A stretch of 64,000 bases of DNA, from contig OZ024763.1 of the NCBI GenBank assembly GCA_964016885.1, positions 15,624,001 to 15,688,000 on the forward strand, given 5' to 3'. A model generated the notes under the pieces. The model saw only the letters and a program-made list of their open reading frames with translations, was not told where the DNA came from and searched no databases. Positions 39,131 through 50,454 of the stretch are shown here, in pieces. The stretch comes from Eledone cirrhosa (Eukaryota). The position numbers were made by a program, and so were the translations under genes. How positions within the stretch are numbered: the first letter of the stretch is position 1; every line of letters starts with the position of its first letter.

Positions 39131-40533
39131 AAGAAGTGCGTCATTAATATAGCTGGACTGCCATCTATACGGAGGTGTCATTATTCATTGAAAAAATATA
39201 TAAACGCAATCTAAGCAGGCACTGTTCCTCTATATCGTATGTCTCTATTTGCTCTTCCTTGCTGTCAGTCAAAATACTTCTAAATTTGTTACTGTTTGAT
39301 AGGTCTTTTAACTTCCATACTTGTCTCCCCCAGGTTGGCTTCTGTTGTCTAGTTCTTCTAGCCCTGACTATAAGATCGCTAACTACTGTTTACACACACT
39401 TATTGGTTTCCACCTGTTTATCTGAAAATATGTTTAAACATTGTTCCAGAATCAGCGCCCTTTAATCCTGCCTGTCCAGAATGTTAGCTCTATGGAACTC
39501 CCTGACAAAGTCATAACTTCAAATGTAGACTTTTAAAACATTTCCAGCTGTGACCATCCTGTGTTTATATGAGTATCTAAGACTACATCGTCATCATCTT
39601 AAGTGTCTTTCTTTGTGTACGAGAGCCAAATATTTGACTATCATATAACTCCCTTAAGGTGGCAAATTGAAATAGTCGATAGAATGGTGTTTCGATTCTA
39701 TCAAAGTTCAACTTTGCCTTTCATCCATTCGAGGTCGATAAAGAAAGTACCAGTCTAGTACTGGGGACGATTCTTCCTCTATCCCATCCTTCTCTGTTGT
39801 ATACTTCTTTCTGTGTAGTTAGCAGCCAACACACTCAAGTGTTCTTTTAAAAGGAAAAAAATCTTTATTGCTCCAGTGCACTCGGTTAAGGCATCCTATC
39901 TACAGAACAAACATTATGGTGGATTGGCAGAGGGTCCGACGCCATGCTTTGACGTATTGAGTTACGGTCCTTGCCATTCTGAGTTCAAATTCCGCCGAGG
40001 TTAACTTTGCCTTTCATCCTTACGGGGTCGATAAAATAAAGTACCATTAATACACTGGGTACTTTGCTGGTCTTGTGCCAAAAGTAGAAACAATTATATA
40101 TATATATACTAAATTAGGTTTAATCAATAATTGATACTTATAAGACGACGGTTGGCATTTTTTATTTCCAGAAAGAAGTATATTTACTTATATATTCACT
40201 GTTCGGTATATATGTACAAAATACTAATAGTATTTAAAATAATTTATATATAGAAACGGAATGAGGTAACACTTATCTCACTTCTTTCCGTTTCTTTTTT
40301 TTTTTTAAATAATTAAAATTTTACCTATAAGTAGACTAACTCTACTTATAAGTATTTTAATTGTACTTAGTAGAATTGCGGCGATGCGCCGTCACCCTAC
40401 GTATGGCGTGACCATTCTATGTGTCTTATGCAGCTCGGGAACAATTGATCTTTTTATATAAATTGGATTAGAATGACCTCCCTTTATATAGAGTTACTTC
40501 CCCCTATATGGAACTCTTTTAGATAACTTCCGG

Positions 40534-42720
40534 ATCATTTTTACTGTTCCCTCAGTACATTACTGGTGCTTTATTTATCGACTACATAAGGATGAAAGGC
40601 AAAGCTAACCTCGGCCAGATTTGAATTCAGACTGTAAAGCATATTGTCCGACGCTCTACCGATACTGCCAATTCACAGCCATGAATGAATTTAATAATAA
40701 AGCCACCTGACTATCGTTAACCTGTTGTGTGTAGGTCACTTAATCTGGATGGAGATCACATTTGTTCTTCCTCTACCAGATCCAGCTGGAACTCCTCTCC
40801 ACCTCCTCTGCTATAGTCTTTAGTACTGTTCCACCCAGAGATTGTAGGCAGATATTTGTACCAACCCCCTCCCTCCAGCCTGTGGGGTGAGGACTGTGAC
40901 AGGAAAACCTACTGTTTAAAGAACTTTCTCTCTTCTGTATGTCTGTCCTTCTCGTAATCATAGCTGTTAACAGATCGATATCGATTAACGGCAATACAAC
41001 CTTCCCGCTCGGTAAGGGTAGGCCCTTCGTTAGGATGTCATACGTTGTGTGCCCAGCCCAGGCTTTGCTGCTCATGTCAAAGTATCGGCCACCCTTTCAT
41101 TTTGGCAGTGGAGACTTCCAGTGTTCTTGTCCCTCCGCCTAACCAAATCCCCCTTTGCAAGACTATCGGAACGGAGTTAGCTACCCTTAAGTTTCATCTA
41201 TGGTGCAGGCATGTAGAATATATTTATTTCAGCACTATTGTTATTTTAATAAAAAAAAACCTATGTGTTTGTTTTTTATTCACAAAATTAATGTTGAAAA
41301 TAAACAATAAAATGCAGGGATTTAATAATAAAATTCAACATGTTTCTTTTTTATTCACAGGAAATATATTTAGTTTTAAAACCCTTCCTAGTTTTCCCTG
41401 TAGCAGCTCTGTTGTCTTCAGCAAATATTTCGGTCCAACTGTCTTCCAAGAATGTAATTAAGGTTCTAAATGAAACTTCAAAAATGTAATTAAGATTCTT
41501 TCTAATAAAATTTCTTCTAATATGTAAATGAAACTTCTACTCCTCCACTTTACAGTCCATGCTGTAAAATGGAGAGCCCCTGAGTCCAGTAAGACAACCT
41601 CTCTAGTGCTGCTGAGACCAATAAAAGCACCCTGAGTCTAGTAAGACAACCTCTTTATTACTGGTGGCACGAAGAAAAGCACCCAGTCCATGCTGTAAAG
41701 AGGTAAGACAACCTCTAGTGCTGGTGGCATGAATAAAAGCATGATAATTTTGTTTAGCTATTGCTACCCCTCCTTACTTTTTTTCAATATGTCCAGTAAG
41801 ACAATCTCCCTAGTGCTGGTGGCACGAATAAAAGCACCCAGTTGTAAAGTGGAGGGGTAGAGAGAGCCCCTGAGTCCAGTAAGACAACCTCTCTAGCGCT
41901 GGTGGCACGAATGAAAGCACCCAGTCCATGCCAAAAACTATGAGTACGACAAATGAGAATGATGTGGATATATATACATATATGTATATACAAATTGCTG
42001 GCCTTGTGCCTAAAGTAGAAACAAAGTCGGACGCCATGTTTTGTAGTCAAGTTCCTGCCATTTATGTATGGTCTTAGTTCAAATCCTGCCGAGGTTAACT
42101 TTGCCTTTCATCCTTACGGGGATCGATAAAATAAAGTACCATTAATACATTGCTGTCCTTGTGCCAAAAAACAGAAACAATTATTATAGTTGTATATATG
42201 TAGATAATGTCACCAATAACTTATTAAACGATAATTTTGTTTAGCTATTGCTACTACTCTTCACGTTTTTCAATATACAGGGTGACCCCCAAAACCCCCC
42301 AATACCACATGAAATTTTGTTAGTTTATGCAACTGTAGCCACGAGAATTGTAAGAATATTTATTTAAGATTTCATATCATAGTCGCAATTATCTCTAAAA
42401 CTAATTAGACTCTTTACACTTTAATATATTCTTATTGATTTATATTCATCATTCCTTCCGTAGTTAATGTTTGTCACTCAGGTAGTTTTTGATCACCTAT
42501 GATTGAACACATATGTGTATTTCTCTCTATTTTTAGTTAGTTTGTTACGTTGATGTAACTTGGTAAACATTATATTTCTAGTTCACCTTTATGTTTTGTT
42601 CAGTTGTGACTTCGTTTTGGAAGACTTTCTCTTTGTCATAGTCGCAATTATCTCTAAAACTAATTAGACTCTTGAGACATACGAGTTACATCTATCAATA
42701 ACATCGTTCCAACTTTTGAT
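40534..42720 (+). repeat. Rearranged duplicate of segments from 30050-33790
   Basis: 40534-41600 matches 32310-33790; 41743-42045 matches 31716-32100; 42205-42720 matches 30052-31500. Confidence 0.85.
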
Positions 42721-43559
42721 TAGCTTTCTATTTAGGACAGACCATAGCTTGATCCACCGTCCCATTATTTGCTTGTCTATCAGTGGTGCTGTTTGTTTTA
42801 TCACACTCACATACCAACAGAAAGATTTATATCATTTTAAAATGGTACTCTCAATTAATTCGTGCGAAACTATATATTTATGCATATAAGACAAAACTGG
42901 AAGAATTTGATAGAGTTTCAAATTTATTTTATTGACAATGTATATAAATGACTTTCATAGTTTTTCTTATTTCATACAGATGTCCCTTCTCGGTCATATG
43001 CCGTGTTGTCTGCTGAAAGAAGGCTTTGATTGTGTAAGTATTTGCAAGTCCAAGTTTCCTGAACAGTGATGGAGTGTGTCTGTTAAAAGAAATATTTACG
43101 AATTGTATGAATAAAGTTTTTGTTAATAAAAAAAAATCTTTACATTTTATATTCGAGTTGTGTTCAGTTTATTTAGACTCATAAACAAAGTTTCTGTTAA
43201 TAAAGAAATCCCGACTGTATATAAAACCCCAGTCTCCCTAAATTTGAACACCTAGTTAATTCTTTTAAAGATAATAGTCGTACTTCTCTTATACTGTAAC
43301 AAATCTTTTTTTCCTATTAAAGGGAGATAACTCATACTCTTTTCTATTAAAGGGAGACAACTCATACTTTTAAAGAGTTCCCTCCCTTTAATATGAAGAA
43401 TGAAAATAAACTATCTAAAAGAGGATACTAAGAATGTAGATGAAGTGTCTAAAAAGAAACTTAGAATCTAGATGAACTGTCTAAAAAAAAAGAAAGAAAC
43501 TAATAATCTAATTGAAACAAAAAAAATCTTCAAGAATGTAATTAAGATTCTTGATTAAA

Positions 43560-44000
43560 ATTCTTCTAATGAAACTTCTAGAATGTAATTAGGATTCTTT
43601 CTAATAAAATTCTTCTAATATGTAAATTTGCATATTAGATACTAATTAAGTTTCTTTCTAATAATAATATATTTCTAAAAAAAATTTATTCCAATATGCA
43701 AATTTCTTTCTATAATCTACTTAAGTTTCTAAAAAAAAAATTTATTCCAATATGCAAATTTCTTTCTATAATCTACTTAAGTTTCTAAAAAAAAAATTTC
43801 TTCTAATATGTAAATTTCTTTCTATAATCTACTTAAGTTTCTAAAAAAAAAAATTTCTTCTAATATGTAAATTTCTTTCTATAATCTAATTAATTTTCTA
43901 AAAAAAAATTTCTTCAAATATGCAAATATCTTTCTATATATAATTAAGTTTCTAAAAAAAAATTTCTTCTAATATGTAAATGAACCTCTATTTGCATATT
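43560..44000. repeat. AT-rich ~57-bp tandem repeat with octamer motifs
   Basis: ATGCAAAT/ATTTGCAT at 43626, 43696, 43752, 43920, 43990 plus ATGTAAAT variants. Confidence 0.8.
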
Positions 44001-44013
44001 AGAAGAACCTTTG

Positions 44014-44179
44014 AAAAAGAATTCTTCACGGTGGTCAGGGACGGGCCTTGCATCTATGTGCCGGCCCCGAATAGTCCCAGGCCGATGCAGTCGTACGCCA
44101 CTACGAATCGAACGCCAGCCAGGGAGACTGGTAGTCAGAGACGCAGTTCGCACGCCACCGCGAAGGCCGCAATTCTACT
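44014..44179 (-). other. GC-rich, strongly foldable Pol III-like unit (family AGTAGWATTGCGGC)
   Basis: 11-bp stem CTTCGCGGTGG/CCACCGTGAAG, B-box-like GTTCGATTC, inner hairpins, T5 end. Confidence 0.4.
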
Positions 44180-45099
44180 GAGTTAAATAGTGGTACTTAT
44201 GCCTACTTTGGAAAAATTTTGATCAAAAAAAAATTAATATATGCAAACGGAACAAAGGGAAGTAATTCTGGATAAAAAATTTTTTTTTTTCATAAAATTA
44301 TTAATGCATTGGTGGTGCTGTGAATACGGGGTTTTCGACGTCTCCCAACGGATTGTTTAGGGAATTTAATTATGGGGGTTTATCGAAATTCGATGGTGAC
44401 CCTTTCTACAATTCAGGACCCTTTGATGTCTACAAGATATTGCGATAGAGACGTGAGAGGGTAGACAGCTTTGTTTACATTCGAGCGATAACCATAGAAG
44501 ATTATACAGGTTAGACATGTCTTTTAACCGCTTTTTTGGCGACCTTAGTTATGTACATGCCTTTGGCTCTCTAAGCGAGCGTTAGCCACAGAGGACATTG
44601 AACCTTCGAGAGGGGAGGGCATTTAACTTGGGTGTTCTCAGTCCTGGAAGGAGACTGAGGTGTGATACACACAACACTTCCACTGAAATATGTACTGCCT
44701 GTACAGTCACCAGCGGTTTTCGATTTACAACCATAACTACACCCCGTAACAACACACATATAGCACCAGCAACGTATTAACAATTTTCTAATGAAAAATA
44801 TATTCACCTGAATTACTTCCATTTATTCCGTTTACATATATTATTTCATCAATGAATAATTACAAATATAGATACAAACCGCTTTGTTTACCCCCAGCGA
44901 GAGGGTTTAAACATCTTTGTTTACAGTCGAGCGATAACCATAGAAGGTTATCCAGGTTAGACATGACTTTTTAACCGCATGTAAATACACTCCATGTCTT
45001 TGGCCCTCTGGCCACAGAGAAGATCTTACAAGCCAGACAGAGCCTTCGAGAAGGAGACTGAGGTGCGACACACTGAAATATGTACAGTCATCAACACCA

Positions 45100-45475
45100 A
45101 AGGAGTTATAGACAGACACATGTACTGTGCAGTCACCAAAGGAGGTATAGACTCACATATGTACTGCCTGTAGTCACCAAACGAGAGATAGACTGATATA
45201 TGTACTGCCCGTATAGTCACCAAATGAGGTAGGGTTGACATGTACAGTCACCAAACGAGATAGACTGACATATGTACTGCCTGTACAGTCACCAAACGAG
45301 AGATAGACTCACATATGTACTGCCTGTACAGTCACCAAACGAGAGATAGACTCACATATGTACTGCCTGTACAGTCACCAAATGAGGTAGGGTTGACATG
45401 TACAGTCACCAAACGAGATAGACTGACATATGTACTGCCTGTACAGTCACCAAACGAGAGATAGACTGACATGTG
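45100..45475. repeat. ~34-43-bp minisatellite
   Basis: catatgtactgcctgtacagtcaccaaacgagagatagact units. Confidence 0.85.
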
Positions 45476-46419
45476 TTGGCTGGCCATTGGTACAAGAGAG
45501 TTCATTACTGTTGCCCTTAGGTTACCATTGTACCGTGCTGTGGGTTCTCAAATTTATTTGCAGCTTATTGAAGAGTTGAGGGCTTTTGAAACCCAGGCTA
45601 TTGCAATATTCTAGATGTGAAAGACGGGATCGTTGGCACCACTCAGTGACGTCCTGTCCGGGGGTTGGTCCAGCTGTCAATGCCTAAGTTTGGTGCTAGT
45701 CCTCCAGGATTTTCCACATGTATATCACTGTGTATCTCTCGTCTTCATTTCAAGGAGTAGAGATTCAGTTCTTTTAGCCTACCATCGCAATCCTCTTGGT
45801 GTAGCTACATTGGTTTGCCTCAAGCTCTCTGGTTAGTTTGATACTATGGGGTGACCACAGCTGGGAGCAATAGTCCAGGCAGCTAAGGACAAATGTCCTT
45901 CATAGGTCTCTTGCCTGGAAAGTCCTCAAGATCTAGCCAGCGAGTCATCTGCACACTGTCTCCACCCTCAAAAAGATGCATTGACGCTCATGTGTATTCC
46001 CAGGTCTCGTATAGATTTCAACACGGGGATTTCGATCCCTCCTGGTCCAGTGTAGCTGTTTACAGGTTGGTATTGTAGGGCTTGAAATTTTCCAGCATTA
46101 AACTGCATGTTGTTGTCCTCGGCCCATATTTATTCCGGGGTATGACATTAAACTACATCCAGGTGGAAAGGCTCCAGTTCAGGAGCTGTGGGGAATGTGG
46201 AGTTACCCCTTAGTTGTTATCACTCCCAGATCTGCTCTGGCCCAGAGTAGTAGTACCTGTCAGGGCCCCTTTTATGGGTTAAATAATTACCTTATTCAAG
46301 TGGTGCTGGTAAGGTCAGCCACTGAAAAGAACGATGGAGAGTGGATTTAACAGCACTAGGGTGAGCCCCTAACTACAGTCAAGGATCAGTCTGGTCGTTA
46401 TGACTCTGCTGGCTTAGAG

Positions 46420-47455
46420 CCACAGGGAGGGCCAGTGGGTGATGGATCAGCTGTCTCTGAGACAAATATAAAGAATGCAGTTTTGTCCTGCAGAAGAGCC
46501 ATTAAAATGAGCACTCCGAATGTTCGGACATTGGAGAGGAGTTGGGTCATCTGTTCGAGGAGAGTGGTATGCAAATACTTGTGGTCCAAGAACACAGGAT
46601 CCTACACGATGAGCCTGTGAGTGATGATTGGGATGAGGACCCAGCTCATCAGCAGTGAGGAACACAACAAATGCTGCAGTAGGGGGAGTGGGTTTTGTTT
46701 TCAGTGCAAAAACCAATCTATTGATGAGGGGAATTATACCTGTCTCTCCGCGAAACCCAAGACTGACAGTCATCTCAGCCTATAGTCCAACTGAGGGAGC
46801 CAGTGATGTGAGCTGCAGAGGAGTTTGATGAGGAAGTGTGTAGAGCTGTCAACACCACACGAGCTCACAACATCTTGCTTGTTCTGGGGGACTTCAATGC
46901 ACATCTGAGTAAGGAGGGCAGTGAAGATCCTTGCTGGTACTTCCATAACAACACCAACCAAAATGGAAGACTACTGAGAGACACCTTGCTGGAGGCGAAC
47001 TTGATGGCAACCAACCTAAGGTTTAGGAAGAATTCGGCGAAGATGTGGACCTACATCTCTGATTTCATTCTGTGGTAGAATAGTGCTCTGAACACAGAAC
47101 TATACAACTATTTCAGTACACTGTGCAGTGACCACCAGCTTGTTATGAGTGAGGTCCGGGTGAGCTTAAGAAAGAATAAGGCTCAGCCCTGGAGAGCTTT
47201 CAAGGAAGATGAGAAGTTCACAGTAGAAGTGAGGAACAGGTTCAGTGCTCTGTGTGGAGAGATTGGAGGGACTGAGAAGGTACAGGTACTTCACCAATGC
47301 AGTGGCGGAAGCAAGTGAGACCCTGGTGCTAAGGAGAAAAAAAGGACGCACGTCAGTTCTGTAGGCCCAAAAGTGTGTGCTGCCAAGGACCAATTCTATG
47401 CTGATCCTACGGAGGAGAGGAAGGAGAATATGGAGGTGATGAGGGAACAACTCTG
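46420..47455 (+). mobile_element. RTE-like LINE APE endonuclease fragment (related fragment at 53650-54110 on -)
   Basis: T.NVRTL, VGGVGF, LVLGDFNAHL, N.NGRLL, SDH.LV. Confidence 0.75.
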
Positions 47456-48176
47456 GTTTTCGACAGGTTGTACTGGGTTACAAGTAGCACTCAAGAGTGA
47501 CCCGACACCCCCCCACACACACATATATATATACATACACACATATAGGTGTATTTATACATACATACATTGGAGGGTCACTTTTTAGTCCAGCCAATGA
47601 CTTGAAAACTCTGGTACAAACACTGCACTTGTGACAATTACTGACACATAGTGCTGGGCCCATGGTACCATGTGACGACAAGTGCAGAGAGATCTCCAGA
47701 TATAAAGCAATGCCTGTGCCGTGAAGCTTTTATAGTGAGCAAAAGCACTGCACAAAGCCAGTCTCACTCTCTTAACCAAGATGATATTTACCAAAAAGAA
47801 GAACAAGTCAACATCATTGGATACCATCAGGGTTGCAGGTGTTACATCGGAGTTTTCCTTCTCCTAGAATTCTGCCTTGACAAAGGCTAAGGGCTCATCT
47901 CTCCCGGTGATTTTGGATGGCCATTGACTCTTAAGAGCTCCTTTGACAGGTTTTGCTTTTAGTCCTGCAGGATGTCCAAAGTCACCCTCCTCACCAAGAA
48001 ACCTTGGTGGGGTTGCCAGTTTAGTCGCCAACGACCCAACCATGGGACAGGTTATACTGGGATACATGTTACCAGTAGCACCAACTGGTGACCTGACATG
48101 TATATATAGAAAAAGAAAGTTACATATGTATGTATACATACTCTCCCACCCCCCAATTATATATATACATATTATA

Positions 48177-49050
48177 TATTTCTGTTCAACCATTTATTTA
48201 AAATAAAAAGAAAACAAAATTATGAATGTATTTATTGTAAATATTATATTTTAAAACAAATCAAAATAAATATTTTTATTTTACGAAAATATACTCAGAG
48301 TAGTTTTGGAACTCTTCTGTTTTCTCTCTAACAGGTTAGTGTCTCTTTCTGACATTCAGCAAACTTTCAGGTTTCTTTCAAGATTTACATCAAAGTTAGT
48401 CATTTTTTGTTGTGTATCGAGGTTTCGACTGTCGTCTGTTGATTTTATTTCAACAAATTTCAATTACAAAGGATAGATATCGAAAGTAAGAGAACGGTGG
48501 TGGTGTGTACGGCAGACTCTACACCTTAAGTTAGGCGGTGTGTCTTAGATAGTTAACTAAATGATGATGGCATTGCTACGGAGAACAGCTACCAATGTTA
48601 TTTTGTATCAGCCACATTTTTTTATCACGGGAGCCTTTACTCAGGCGGGATACACTCCTCTCAATCAATGTTTACGGAGGGAAATGGCAGATCGAAGACT
48701 GACGACACCAGAGGTCTCGACAGCTATAAAAAAAATGTCTAACGTCTGTCTCAAGTCCTGAGTTTCATCAGCCAAGGCTTATCCCGGTTTTCGTGGCAAG
48801 AACCGACTGAGAGTACCAGAATCCAGACCATCGCAGGGTTGAACCCCTAACTATTGCTGGTACTCATTTTCAGCTGAGTATACTGGAGCAACGTGAAATG
48901 AAGTGTTTTGCTCAAGATCACAGCACACAACCCTGTCCGAGATCAAACCCACGATGCTATGATCATAAGCCTATCTCTCTTACCTCTAGAAAAGGAACCC
49001 TTTGACCAAGTCCCAGTATTTAGCTATCTTTCTCTCCTCCCCGAGACGGG
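48177..49050 (+). repeat. Diverged inverted copy of 28095-28915 (Merlin arm plus SINE)
   Basis: Colinear reverse-complement similarity across the arm, the SINE and the flank. Confidence 0.75.
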
Positions 49051-49505
49051 TTTGTGGCCAAAGTGATGAGACTGGAGTTCGTAAATCGTTGCTTCAACTC
49101 TTCAGAAGAGTTAAACATTTTCTGAAAATTTTCGCATTTGTTTTGGAGCACTTTCTCCCTCGATACTTTCGTCATTGTTGTAATTATATGAGGATCGCCT
49201 GGAAAGTTTCATAGGATGACCAAGATACTCTCGTGGAATGACCAAATGAGGTTTATTCTTCAACCCAGTCCCCGGAAAGAAACAATGCAGTTATTAATAA
49301 GAAGAGTTGAAATTAATGTATCCAAGATTTCACAACTCTAGCATCTCTCCTTCATAATCAGCCTATAAACTTCTCAGCTGACCATCGTAGGTTTAATAAT
49401 TGAGCGATGTTAACGAGATCGATAACTTTGAACTCTTCAGCATGTGAATTCAGTAGTTGTCTCCTATAAATGGCGACTAAAATATTCGATCTTTTCTTTT
49501 ATAGG

Positions 49506-49735
49506 TGTAGGAATGAGGTCCTGCTTACCTGTGATCAATGTATCTTACAAAGTATATGTCACCTCTGTTTACAGTGTAGGAATGAGGTCCTGCTTACCTG
49601 TGATCAATGTATCTTAGAAAGTATATGTCACCTCTGTTTACAGTGTAGGAATGAGGTCCTGCTTACCTGTGATCAACGTATCTTACAATGTATATGTCAC
49701 CTCTGTTTACAGTGTAGGTATGAGGTCCTGCTTAC
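49506..49735. repeat. 69-bp tandem repeat, about 3.3 copies
   Basis: gtgtaggaatgaggtcctgcttacctgtgatcaa... units. Confidence 0.9.
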
Positions 49736-50454
49736 ATTTACATTATTTCAATAACAATTACAAATTCATTTCCAAATTTTGTAGTGGGGCAATTTTTTTT
49801 TTGTGCTACTTTAGCGAGTGGTCTGCCTGGCCCTTGTCATTTACACTTTAGTGTGCAGTCTTCCTGGTCCTTTACACTTTAGTGTGCAGTCTTCCTGGTC
49901 CTTTACACTTTAGTTTGCAGTCACCCCTGCTGACATTTACGTACATTTGACATCGAAATAATGTTGTAACATTTATATTTTCTAGTCCTTTCATCATTTT
50001 AACTAGTTCTATCATGTTTCCTAATTTGCCTTCACTTCTCCTTCTTCTACCATATATATTTATATGTCTTTATGTTAGGTGTTGATAATAGAGAGCCACT
50101 CGTGGCTTTCGCCTTCTGATTCCACTGCTACCATGTATATTTCTAGATGTCTTTATGTTAGAAGAAGGTGTTCATAATAGAGAGCCCTTCACTTCTTTAA
50201 AGTTGTAATCCCTAACTTTTTACATCTACTGTAGTGTCTTTGTTGCTCTTCTCTGGGTCCTTTCAATAGCTGTTGTAAATTCATTTCGAAATTTACACTT
50301 TTGCGTAGTTAAATAAATTTCAACCAAGTCGATTTAATTTACAAAAGCCTTTGAAGGCGGTGTCCCAGCATGACCGCAGTCGAATGAGTAAATATAAAAT
50401 AGAATAATCTTTCTTTGTGAATAATTCCAAATATATATATATATATATATATAC

